A stretch of 59,662 bases of DNA, from contig JBEIJQ010000001.1 in assembly GCA_040380145.1 (NCBI GenBank), positions 1 through 59,662 of the forward strand, written 5' to 3'. Origin of the DNA: Lewinellaceae bacterium. GTDB taxonomy: Bacteria > Bacteroidota > Bacteroidia > Chitinophagales > Saprospiraceae. The notes beneath the pieces are model-generated. The model worked only from the letters and a program-made list of their open reading frames with translations, had not been told where the DNA came from and ran no database searches. Made by a program: the position numbers and the translations under genes. The stretch's first letter is position 1. Each line of letters opens with the position of its first letter. Positions 9,029-17,212 of this stretch are shown here, in pieces.

Positions 9029-10528
9029 ATGGAACTCACCCTTACGCCCGCGCTGCTATTTGCGGTCATCCTCGGCTATTTTGCCCTGTTGCTCGGTATC
9101 GGCATCTGGACCGGCAAGGACGATTCCAACGCCAATTTTTTTCTGGGAAACAGATCGTCCCCATGGTATGTGGTGGCGTACGGCATGATCGGCGGTTCGC
9201 TGTCGGGGGTCAGTTTCATTTCCCTGCCTGGAAAAGTCGCCTCCGACCACTTCGCCTACATGCAGATCGTGTTCGGTTATCTGCTCGGCTACCTCGTCAT
9301 CGCCTTCGTGTTGATGCCGTTGTATTATCGTCTCAACCTTCCCTCGATCTACGGGTACTTGCGGGAGCGTTTCGGACCGGTTTCTTACCGCACCGGATCG
9401 GCATTTTTCATTCTGTCCAGAACGCTGGGCGCAGCCTTGCGACTGTTCATCGGCGCGATGGTGATCTACGATTTCGTGTTCGTGCACTGGGGCGTTCCCT
9501 TTTGGGTGACGGTGGTCGGTTCGCTGGCCCTCATCTGGCTGTACACTTTCCGGGGGGGGATCAAGACCATCGTCTGGACGGATACTTTCCAGACCACCTG
9601 CCTGCTGGTCGCGCTGCTGGCCACGATCTGGGCCGTAGGCCGTGAACTGGGCCTCGGTATCTGGGATATGCCCGGCGCGGTTGCCCGCAGCGAGATGTCG
9701 CAGATTTTCGTGTGGGACAATCCCCTCGGGGCGACCAACCACTTTTTGAAGCACTTCTTCGGGGGGATGTTCATCGCTGTGGCGATGACGGGACTCGACC
9801 AGGACATGATGCAGAAAAATCTCACCTGCCGCAATCTATGGGAGGGGCAGAAAAATGTTCTTTCGTTCGCATCGGTGCTGGTGTTCGTCAACTTTCTGAT
9901 CCTGGGCGTGGGAGCCTTGCTGTACATGTATGTGCAAGCCAAAGGAATCCCGTTGCCCGATCGCCCCGACAAGGTCTATCCCGTGGTGGCACTGCTCCAT
10001 CTGTCGCCCTTCATCGGGCTGGTGTTCGCCATCGGGTTGATTTCCACGGCCTATGCCAGTGCCGATTCGGCGCTCACCGCCCTGACGACTTCTTTTTGCG
10101 TCGATTTTTTGGGCTTCAAGACCGAGGAGGGACAGAACGGCCGCCGCGAGCACCTGTTGCGCCACACCGTCCATTTCGGATTTTCGCTGGTGATGCTGTT
10201 GGCCATTTTGGTTTTTGCCGGACAAAAAGGGCAACCCGTGATCGATTTGCTCTTCAAAATCGCCAATTTCACCTACGGCCCGTTGCTCGGCCTGTTCGCC
10301 TTCGGTCTGTTCACCCGCCGCACATTGGCCGACCGCTGGTCTCCGCTGGTCTGTCTGGTGGTTCCGGTCGGCTGTTATTTCCTCGACCAAAGCTCCGTGC
10401 AGTGGCTGGGTGGGTATCGTTTCGGCAATGAATTACTGATCTTGAACGGTTTGCTGACATTTTTCGGTCTGTGGGCGATTTCCCGGGGCGAAGAAAAAAA
10501 ATCATTCATGCCGCAAGAAATACTTTGA
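9029..10528 (+). CDS. sodium:solute symporter family transporter
   Basis: ATG at 9029. It is polytopic, with about 13 hydrophobic segments. The N-terminus 'FFLGNRSSPWYVVAYGMIGGSLSGVSFISLPG' is typical of the SSF family. Confidence 0.8.
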   Translation: MELTLTPALLFAVILGYFALLLGIGIWTGKDDSNANFFLGNRSSPWYVVAYGMIGGSLSGVSFISLPGKVASDHFAYMQIVFGYLLGYLVIAFVLMPLYYRLNLPSIYGYLRERFGPVSYRTGSAFFILSRTLGAALRLFIGAMVIYDFVFVHWGVPFWVTVVGSLALIWLYTFRGGIKTIVWTDTFQTTCLLVALLATIWAVGRELGLGIWDMPGAVARSEMSQIFVWDNPLGATNHFLKHFFGGMFIAVAMTGLDQDMMQKNLTCRNLWEGQKNVLSFASVLVFVNFLILGVGALLYMYVQAKGIPLPDRPDKVYPVVALLHLSPFIGLVFAIGLISTAYASADSALTALTTSFCVDFLGFKTEEGQNGRREHLLRHTVHFGFSLVMLLAILVFAGQKGQPVIDLLFKIANFTYGPLLGLFAFGLFTRRTLADRWSPLVCLVVPVGCYFLDQSSVQWLGGYRFGNELLILNGLLTFFGLWAISRGEEKKSFMPQEIL

Positions 10529-10597
10529 AGCACTAACTTTGTGTTTAAGCTATATTTCGGTTCGGCCGCATTTTATTCCAGTAATTTTGATTGAATC

Positions 10598-11548
10598 ATG
10601 GTTTTATCGAGAACTTCCGCCAAATGGTTCCTCTTGGGCCTGCTGCCGTTTTTGGCGACCGCCTTTTCCGGCGACGACTTGAAGCAGCCCCTCGTGGATT
10701 TCGTCCAGCGCGACTGGACGATCTGTCAAAAGTACGCACAGCAACAAGGTAAGCTGTATTATGTGCAGTTCACGGCCAACTGGTGCGCGGTATGCCACGG
10801 CCTCGACGAAACCGTTTATAGAGATCGGGCGCTGGTCGATTTCATGTCCCGCCACGTCGTGGCCCACAAGGTGAACGTGGACGATTTCGTGGACGACGGA
10901 TACCGCTGGTCGGAGCAGTACGAAGTGGAGCAACTGCCCACGATCCTGATCTTCGACGAAAAAGGCAAATTGGTGGAGCGCCTCGAAGGCCAACAACAAA
11001 GCGCATCTTTGTTGGCCAAACTCCAACAATTACGGCCCACCGGCACGGCCGCGGCCAACAAGACGCCCAATCCGCCGGACGTGCAGCCCACGCCCCTTCC
11101 CCAAAACGCCGGTTATGCTCCTTATCAGGCCGAAAAACCGGTCGAAAAAACCGTGCCCAACGACGGAGCCTATAAGCCTTTCAATGCTCCGGTGCCCAAA
11201 ATGAAGCCCGTGGCCAAGCCGATCGCCACCATGGCCGCACCGCCGGCCCCCGGCCAATACAAGGCCTACGAACTTGCCCTGTCGAAGGGGCCCGAAATCG
11301 GGTTCGGCCTGCAAATGGGCCTCTATGCAGAGTACGACAACCTGATCGCAACGGCCGAAAAAATCCGTAGAAACCATTCCGATATCGAACGCTTTTGGGT
11401 CATCGTGGACAACACGGGGGCAAAACCCGCTTATCGCCTTTTCTTCGGAAAATTCGCCACCGAGGCCGAGGCTCAGGCCGCTTCGGCCCGCTACCGGGCC
11501 AAAGGGCTGCCCACTTTGGTCAAACGCTACGAAAATCCGGCCCTTTGA
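10598..11548 (+). CDS. thioredoxin-fold protein fused to a C-terminal SPOR (peptidoglycan-binding) domain
   Basis: Has a signal peptide and a 'FTANWCAVCH' CxxC thioredoxin motif, followed by 'LPTILIFDEKGK'. A Pro/Ala-rich linker leads to the C-terminal 'FGLQMGLYAEYDNL...YRLFFGKFATEAEAQAASARYRAKG' SPOR-like repeat. Confidence 0.7.
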   Translation: MVLSRTSAKWFLLGLLPFLATAFSGDDLKQPLVDFVQRDWTICQKYAQQQGKLYYVQFTANWCAVCHGLDETVYRDRALVDFMSRHVVAHKVNVDDFVDDGYRWSEQYEVEQLPTILIFDEKGKLVERLEGQQQSASLLAKLQQLRPTGTAAANKTPNPPDVQPTPLPQNAGYAPYQAEKPVEKTVPNDGAYKPFNAPVPKMKPVAKPIATMAAPPAPGQYKAYELALSKGPEIGFGLQMGLYAEYDNLIATAEKIRRNHSDIERFWVIVDNTGAKPAYRLFFGKFATEAEAQAASARYRAKGLPTLVKRYENPAL

Positions 11549-11564
11549 GACCGTTGTAATCGAT

Positions 11565-11611
11565 AAAAAAGGAACGGCGTCGGGGAAGCTCCCAGACGCC
11601 GTTCCTTTTTT
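11565..11611. terminator. bidirectional intrinsic terminator between convergent genes
   Basis: A6 (11565-11570), then an 11-bp stem GGAACGGCGTC (11571-11581) pairing with GACGCCGTTCC (11595-11605), then T6 (11606-11611). Confidence 0.65.
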
Positions 11612-11623
11612 GTTGGGCGCCTG

Positions 11624-12044
11624 TCACGACTCGGCAGCAGCCCATTGATCGTACTCCGAAAAGGTCAAATCCATGCCGTGCATGAGGGTAGTAATCTCCG
11701 CCCATTCCCCCCGCAACATATCGGTATCGTACCTTTGCAGCGCTTGGGCCGTTTTGATGACCAGGTGCAGGATCTCGCATTTTCTCTCCCTGGACAAATA
11801 TTTCAACCGGTTCATGATGGAGTTCCAGTCCAATTTTTTTTCAACAAACAACTCCAACATTTGTCGATAATCGGAGATGATGTATTCCAACGATATCTGC
11901 ACATCCATGCCCCCCACATAAAAATGGGGGGTCTTCGTGCAGTAGTTCCCACAGGACATGCGCCTCGTCGGAGGAAATTTCGCGGTCGCCGCCATAGACA
12001 TACAGCCAGGCGGCCAGGGCAAGTTGGTTTTCGGAAAATTCCAT
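11624..12044 (-). pseudogene. small hypothetical protein split into two overlapping frames at a C6/G6 hairpin (frameshifted gene, or two small overlapping ORFs)
   Basis: Frame A reads MEFSENQLALAAWLYVYGGDREISSDEAHVLWELLHEDPP (from ATG 12044). Frame B reads ...FYVGGMDVQISLEYIISDYRQMLELFVEKKLDW... and runs to the stop at 11624 (internal ATG 11908). Removing one C from the C6 run or one G from the G6 run (11910-11931) joins them in frame. Confidence 0.35.
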
Positions 12045-12174
12045 GTCGGGGAGTCTTTTTAGATGATGGAAAAAATTGTTCGCTTTGATCGGGTACAAAA
12101 TTAAGGGTTTGTCGAAACAAAAGTTGTTCGCAAAAGGCAATTTTACAACGATGCCCCGCTAAATTGCCGGTATC

Positions 12175-12888
12175 TTATCGCGACTTGTGCGGAAAAAGCC
12201 GCCCGTTCCACCATTTCCCCGGATCATTGTCGAGCAGTTGGTGCCCCCACCAAAAAAGCAGTGCCAATAGCAGGCCGCCCATGGCGCCCGCACCGACGTC
12301 CCTCGGATAATGGTGCACCAGCCAAACCCGCGAGAGGCCCACAGAAACGGCGCACAAAAGGCACACGGCCTTCCAGCCCGGACGATCGGCCAAAAACGAC
12401 AGGAAACCGTACAGCGCGAAAGCCGTCAGGGTATGCCCCGATGGAAAACTGTCGGTGTGGCTCTGCAAAGGGGCAATGCCTTCCGCAAACCGGAGTTCAT
12501 GCAGTCGTTGGCTTTGGAACAGCACCCAGTAGGGCCTCGGAAGGGAAAAAAAGGATTTCAACAGGTCGCTGATCCCCAATCCCACCAGGCCGATCAACGG
12601 AACGGCAATCGCCCATCGGTAGCGAACGAACAGGAACGAGAAAAATCCAAAGACGAAAATTTCTTCTTCCGACAAATGGGAAAAAAGGGCGAATGTTTTG
12701 TCCAACCAAGGGGTGCGCAGTTCACCGATCGGCCGGAACTGCTCGACCGTGTCGGGACGAAAAAAGGCGTATGCCAACGCCGACACGGCGAAAAGCATTG
12801 TTCCGCACAGGAACACCCGGTTTTTCAGGAAAAAAATTTTCAAGGGCAAAAAACGGTCGTACATGGCCTTCGTCCCAGGGTTCACCAT
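12175..12888 (-). CDS. PAP2-family phosphatase (membrane)
   Basis: The three PAP2 motifs are present: 'KSFFSLPRP', 'PSGHT' and 'SRVWLVHHYPRDV'. There are several TM segments. The start is ATG 12888 (ATGGTGA junction with the upstream stop) or ATG 12864. The long N-terminal extension of ORF 12175..13434 is a shadow of the upstream gene. Confidence 0.75.
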   Translation of the reverse strand: MVNPGTKAMYDRFLPLKIFFLKNRVFLCGTMLFAVSALAYAFFRPDTVEQFRPIGELRTPWLDKTFALFSHLSEEEIFVFGFFSFLFVRYRWAIAVPLIGLVGLGISDLLKSFFSLPRPYWVLFQSQRLHELRFAEGIAPLQSHTDSFPSGHTLTAFALYGFLSFLADRPGWKAVCLLCAVSVGLSRVWLVHHYPRDVGAGAMGGLLLALLFWWGHQLLDNDPGKWWNGRLFPHKSR

Positions 12889-13982
12889 TTCAGAAAATCC
12901 AGATCGGCCACCAGGGAAAGGATGTGGGAATACATCAGACCGGTGGAGGAGCCCACGTTGCCGAGGGCATAGTCCACCCGGAATTTCCAGATCCGAAGGC
13001 CGACCCCGAAATTGGGTTGCACGGTCCAGATCTTTTTCCCGTCCATTTGGGTGATCTGCTGGATGTTGTTCACTCCCATGCGCAGAAATACGAGTTGGTC
13101 GTAGCCCAATTCTGCCCCCAACACGGGATCCATGCTCACGGGATTGGTGCGGATCAACACGTTGCGGGCGCCGTCGGTCGTCAGCGAAACGTTGGCCTCG
13201 GCCAGCAGCGACATTTCCTTGGCCCTGGCTCCCGCCTGAGCCTTTTTTCGGTTCACTGTCCAACGGTGGCCCCAAGAGGCACCGAGAACCAAGCGTGGCA
13301 GGGTGACTTCTAGGGAATTTTGGGGGATTTCGTTGCCGGTCGTTTGGAGCACCTGTTTTTCCTCCTCCGTCAAATCGAAGCGCCACGCGTTGAAAGTGGA
13401 TGTCAAGTCGCGGGCCACCGCGCCGAAACGCCAATCGCCCCGCAAGTACTGGGCGCCGGCGTCCAGTCCGAATCCCCAGGCCGAGGCAAAACGGCCGATC
13501 TTGTGGTGCACGATTTTCACGTTGCCGCCCCAGCTCAGCCCATCCACCTTGGTTTTTTGCGCGTAGGTGATCAGGCCCGCATAATCAGCGGCTGAAAAAG
13601 GGGTGACGTTGTCGTAGTTCACCACGCCGTTTTCGTACAGACTGAGGGTGTTGGGGATGTTGTCGATGCCGAACCGCACAAAAGAAAGCCCCAATACCCG
13701 GTTTTGGTCGCCAATGGGACGCGCCACGGCGGCATAGTCGTAATTGGCGATGCTGCCGAACCATTCGGCGTGCATGAAAGAGGCCTGTAGGTGTTTGAGC
13801 TCCGCAAGCCCCGCGGGATTCCAATAAGCGGCCGTCACATCCGATACACCGGCCACGGCGGCGTTGCCCATCCCGAGGGCCCGTGCGCCCACGCCGATCG
13901 AGAGGAACTCGTTGGAGTACTTTTGTCCGATCATTCCGAATGGAAGCGCCAACAGCAAAAAAGGGAGAAAAAATCTGATCAT
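12882..13982 (-). CDS. outer-membrane beta-barrel protein, PorV/PorQ-like (T9SS-associated family)
   Basis: ATG 13982 gives the signal peptide MIRFFLPFLLLALPFGMIGQ. The 'LSIGVGARALGMGNAAVAGVSDVTAAYWNPAGLA' N-terminal motif is characteristic of the PorV/PorQ/UPF0164-type barrels. Alternating beta-strand pattern, ending with an aromatic C-terminus (...DLDFLKW). Confidence 0.55.
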   Translation of the reverse strand: MIRFFLPFLLLALPFGMIGQKYSNEFLSIGVGARALGMGNAAVAGVSDVTAAYWNPAGLAELKHLQASFMHAEWFGSIANYDYAAVARPIGDQNRVLGLSFVRFGIDNIPNTLSLYENGVVNYDNVTPFSAADYAGLITYAQKTKVDGLSWGGNVKIVHHKIGRFASAWGFGLDAGAQYLRGDWRFGAVARDLTSTFNAWRFDLTEEEKQVLQTTGNEIPQNSLEVTLPRLVLGASWGHRWTVNRKKAQAGARAKEMSLLAEANVSLTTDGARNVLIRTNPVSMDPVLGAELGYDQLVFLRMGVNNIQQITQMDGKKIWTVQPNFGVGLRIWKFRVDYALGNVGSSTGLMYSHILSLVADLDFLKW

Positions 13983-14026
13983 GATCGGGGCTAAACGGTT
14001 CGTCAAATGAAAGCTCAAGTATAAAA

Positions 14027-14494
14027 TCATTCTTCGGGCAAAAGTCCGAACTGCCGGAGGTGGTGGGAGCTGTGGGTCCAAAGAAAATCCTCCCACCGCG
14101 CCCGATCCAAGTGGCCGAGCAGGGGATGGGCGGCCGTTTTTTGCGGATCCTCAGCGTATGCCGCAAAAAAGGCGTCCACGATCTCTCTGAGGGCCGCGAC
14201 TGCTGCCGGGATATCGGCATAAGCGATGGGTGCCGGCGATTCCGAAACGAATGGAACCCGCAGGTCCCGCGGGATGGGGGTGCGATTGACGAACGTGTGC
14301 CAACGGCGCTTTTCCACCTGTTCGGGCGTACCGGCCACGGGCACATCCACAAAGCCGAGCGCCAGGCCGAAAGGCAGCGCCAAGTGCTCCACCATTTGCT
14401 GGGCGTTCATTTTCCCCCAAATGGGCACCGTGTCGGGCTGCAAACGGTCCAGCAGTTCGAACAGCGTTCCGGACAAATGTTCTCGGTGTGTCAT
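14027..14494 (-). CDS. DinB-superfamily protein (DUF1569-like)
   Basis: 155 aa. The pattern 'WGKMNAQQMVEHL' ... 'HPLLGHLDRARWEDFLWTHSSHHLRQFGL' matches the DUF1569/DinB four-helix His pattern. Confidence 0.65.
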   Translation of the reverse strand: MTHREHLSGTLFELLDRLQPDTVPIWGKMNAQQMVEHLALPFGLALGFVDVPVAGTPEQVEKRRWHTFVNRTPIPRDLRVPFVSESPAPIAYADIPAAVAALREIVDAFFAAYAEDPQKTAAHPLLGHLDRARWEDFLWTHSSHHLRQFGLLPEE

Positions 14495-14500
14495 GTTGCG

Positions 14501-15028
14501 TCAAAGTTCCAGTAATCCTTCGGGGAGGTCGAAGGTGACTTGTTTTTGCGTTTTATCCAAGGCGTTTATGAATCCTTGGTGCAGGGGCACGAGCACTTCC
14601 CGCCCGTCGATGTCGATCACGGCCATTTCCTGTTGGGGCCATTGCTGTACTTCCCGTATGGAGCCGAGCGGCCCCGAATGGAGATCAGAGGCATGGTAGC
14701 CGGCGAGGAAAGCATAGCTCGGCCCAGAGTCCGTTTCGGTTTCGGGAAGGTCTTTGGGGAGATCCTTTGCACGGGCAAAAATCTCTTTGTGGCAAAGGAT
14801 TCTGGCAGCCTCCGGAGTGTCCATTCCTTCCAATTTGACGATGACCTCCGGAAAACTGCCCCGGATCTGTTCGACAAAAAAAGGCGTGGGCACATCCCTG
14901 ATCGGCAGGAATACGGCCCGCAAGGATTCGAAGGCGTCCCAGAAACGATCCTCGATCGCGCATTTCACTTCGCCTTTGACCCCGTGGGTCTTGCGTGTTC
15001 GGCCAATCGCCAACAATGTTTCGGACAT
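14501..15028 (-). CDS. rimM: 16S rRNA processing protein RimM
   Basis: 'LLAIGRTRKTHGVKGEVK' N-terminal RimM motif plus a C-terminal PRC-barrel-like half ending '...VTFDLPEGLLEL'. Confidence 0.85.
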   Translation of the reverse strand: MSETLLAIGRTRKTHGVKGEVKCAIEDRFWDAFESLRAVFLPIRDVPTPFFVEQIRGSFPEVIVKLEGMDTPEAARILCHKEIFARAKDLPKDLPETETDSGPSYAFLAGYHASDLHSGPLGSIREVQQWPQQEMAVIDIDGREVLVPLHQGFINALDKTQKQVTFDLPEGLLEL

Positions 15029-15091
15029 ATAGGGTCTTTGATTATCGATTTTTTTATGGACCTTTGCACAAAATTAAGAAAAGATGCGCTT

Positions 15092-15193
15092 ATGAGATGG
15101 CTGATCTTGTTCTTGGTGTTCGGAATGCCGCTGCTCCTGCTCGGCCTTTTCGTGTATCAGGGCTATCGCCAAAAAAAAGATCGGCGCGGATGA
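15092..15193 (+). CDS. 33-aa single-TM micro-protein (MRWLILFLVFGMPLLLLGLFVYQGYRQKKDRRG)
   Basis: ATG at 15092 and TGA at 15191-15193. It has a hydrophobic helix plus a basic tail. Third codon positions are GC-rich as in neighbouring genes. It lies 46 nt upstream of terC. Confidence 0.35.
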   Translation: MRWLILFLVFGMPLLLLGLFVYQGYRQKKDRRG

Positions 15194-15238
15194 TAACCGA
15201 AGTGTTCATTTTGTAAAAAAACACACACAAATTTTTCG

Positions 15239-16132
15239 ATGGGCCAGTACGATTTTGCTTATCTGCTCACCTCCGATGCTTGGGTCAGTTTGCTGATGCT
15301 CACTTTCATGGAAATCGTGTTGGGCATCGACAACATCATTTTCATCACCATTGTGGCCAACAAGCTGGATGCTCGCCAAAAACCGCTTGCCCGCAACATC
15401 GGGCTTGGTTTGGCGATGATCCTCCGGATCATTCTCCTCTTCGGCATTTCTTTTATCCTTCAACTGCAGCATCCCCTGCTTGCCGGCAAGGGGATCGAGC
15501 TCTGGGGCCTGCATTTCAACCCGACCGGTCAGAGCCTGATTCTGATCGCCGGCGGACTTTTCCTGATGATGAAAAGCGTGTCCGAAATCCACGGCAAATT
15601 GGAAGGCGCTTCCCACAGCGAAGAAATGGAAGGGGCTAAGAAAGTGGCAGCAGGGCTCGGTATGGTCGTGGTCCAGATCGCGGTCATCAACATCGTCTTC
15701 TCTATTGACTCCATCCTGACGGCCGTGGGCCTTACCCAAAACGTTTGGGTCATGGTGCTCGGCGTGGTTTTCTCCGTGATCGTGATGATGCTGTTCGCCG
15801 GCCCGGTGGGCCATTTTGTCAATGAACACCCGACCATCCAAATGCTCGGGCTTTCGTTCTTGATCCTGATAGGCTTCATGCTGTTCGCGGAAGGGGCTGC
15901 CCAATCCGGCATGTTCGGGGTGGAAGAAATCGTCGCCCAAGCCGGCCAAGAACTGCCCGAAAATTCCGGTGGGCATCACCACACGGAAGTCGTCCCCAAG
16001 GGTTATCTGTATTTCGCCATTTTCTTCTCCCTGACAGTTGAAATGCTCAACATTCGCATGCGCAAACGCTCCAAGCCCGTTCAAATGCGCGGCGTCGTCG
16101 AAGAGGCCAAGGAGGAGGGCATGTTGGACTGA
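15239..16132 (+). CDS. TerC-family integral membrane protein
   Basis: 'LLMLTFMEIVLGIDNIIFITIVANKL' and the second 'IAVINIVFSIDSILTAVGLT' repeat are hallmarks of the TerC/Alx/YkoY family. Confidence 0.85.
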   Translation: MGQYDFAYLLTSDAWVSLLMLTFMEIVLGIDNIIFITIVANKLDARQKPLARNIGLGLAMILRIILLFGISFILQLQHPLLAGKGIELWGLHFNPTGQSLILIAGGLFLMMKSVSEIHGKLEGASHSEEMEGAKKVAAGLGMVVVQIAVINIVFSIDSILTAVGLTQNVWVMVLGVVFSVIVMMLFAGPVGHFVNEHPTIQMLGLSFLILIGFMLFAEGAAQSGMFGVEEIVAQAGQELPENSGGHHHTEVVPKGYLYFAIFFSLTVEMLNIRMRKRSKPVQMRGVVEEAKEEGMLD

Positions 16133-16185
16133 CCGCCTTTTTTACAAAAAGCCCCCCTTGCGAACATATGAGGAGATTTGCAAAT

Positions 16186-16219
16186 CAAAAAAAGCCCAAC
16201 GACAATGTTGGGTTTTTTT
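16186..16219. terminator. bidirectional intrinsic terminator shared by terC (+) and the alkylation-repair gene (-)
   Basis: A-run at 16186-16193, stem AAGCCCAAC (16192-16200) pairing with GTTGGGTTT (16207-16215), then a T-run to 16219. Confidence 0.6.
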
Positions 16220-16366
16220 GATTTGCTCGTTAAAAGGTCTTTTTCCCAATGACAATTTTGGGGTCTACTAGGCTGCAATTGCAGGACCTGTCCCCACCCA
16301 TTGTTCCGCCCCTGGCATAGCCGCGTGCAAAGCCCGCTGTATGGGCGGGGGAAAGCCCCGCACCTA

Positions 16367-17074
16367 CTAGCAGACGAACGTCTTGCGTTTTTTGCCCAAT
16401 CTTCCGCCGGAGATGGCATGGGGGATATACTCCGGTCCAAACGGCACTTTGCAGGCGGTGCCGCCCATGTCCACCTTCACCTTGCCGATGCGTTGGGAGG
16501 CGGCGAGGGCTTGCTCGTGCAGGGGCACGGTGAAAATGCCGGCGGCCAGCACAAAGCCGTTCATGGTGTAGCGCACCCGATTGGGGGCGCGGTGGATGTC
16601 GTTGGCCACGTGTTCGATCCGTTCGCGCAGGCGGTCGAGCGGCAATCGATCGTCGGCAACAAGGCCGAGCAGGCAGGAGAGAGTAGCCCAGCCGGAAGCG
16701 GCGATCTTTTCCTCGGGCGAGGCGATCCACCGCTCGGCCAACTCCCAGCCGAGACCGCTTTCTGAGGCCATCCACGCCACCGTGTATTCGCTCACCATGT
16801 ACCAAGTGGACTCTTGTGCCCATCGGTCCAGGTCTGCCTGGGCGAATTGGGCCGGCTCGGCGATGAGGCCCGCCAGATACTGGGCATCCGAGTTGCCCGT
16901 GGCGTACAGTTCGAGCGCCAGCGGATGGTTTTTCTTGATCTTTTTGACCAATGTTTTCAGGTCGCCGACCTTCACACCGTGGGTATTTTCGGGCGCGCCG
17001 TGGTTGCGATAGATCTTGCGGCAGGTTTCGGTGCCCATTTCGGACAGGGCGGCCATCGTTTCAGAGAGGTTCAT
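16367..17074 (-). CDS. DNA alkylation repair protein (AlkD-like HEAT-repeat family)
   Basis: 235 aa and all-helical. 'CRKIYRNHGAPENTHGVKVGDLKTLVKKIKKNHPLALELYATGNSDAQYLAGL' resembles the Pfam DNA_alkylation family. Confidence 0.7.
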   Translation of the reverse strand: MNLSETMAALSEMGTETCRKIYRNHGAPENTHGVKVGDLKTLVKKIKKNHPLALELYATGNSDAQYLAGLIAEPAQFAQADLDRWAQESTWYMVSEYTVAWMASESGLGWELAERWIASPEEKIAASGWATLSCLLGLVADDRLPLDRLRERIEHVANDIHRAPNRVRYTMNGFVLAAGIFTVPLHEQALAASQRIGKVKVDMGGTACKVPFGPEYIPHAISGGRLGKKRKTFVC

Positions 17075-17212
17075 GCGCAGGATTTTGGTTTGGGGAGGGA
17101 GCAGATTTCGTCAAAAAAAGGCAACTTTGGGGCTTCGCCCAAAATTCGTTTTTTTCTTTTTTTTTCGAGAAAAAATTTTTTCCAAAAAAAATAAACCCCT
17201 AGCCCCCGAAAC

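Noticed and set aside
12865-13434. Long N-terminal extensions of listed ORFs (12175..13434, 32913..35264, 37674..38999, 22563..24959, 53755..55254, 41503..43230, 49308..51773)
   Set aside because: The extensions run through neighbouring genes or spacers. Internal ATGs give proper signal peptides or conserved N-termini, so those were used instead.
15029-15238. yybP-ykoY (Mn2+) riboswitch upstream of the TerC-family gene
   Set aside because: I looked for it because TerC-family genes are frequent targets. The conserved GGGGAGUAG-type core and four-way-junction pairings are not visible in this 210-nt spacer.
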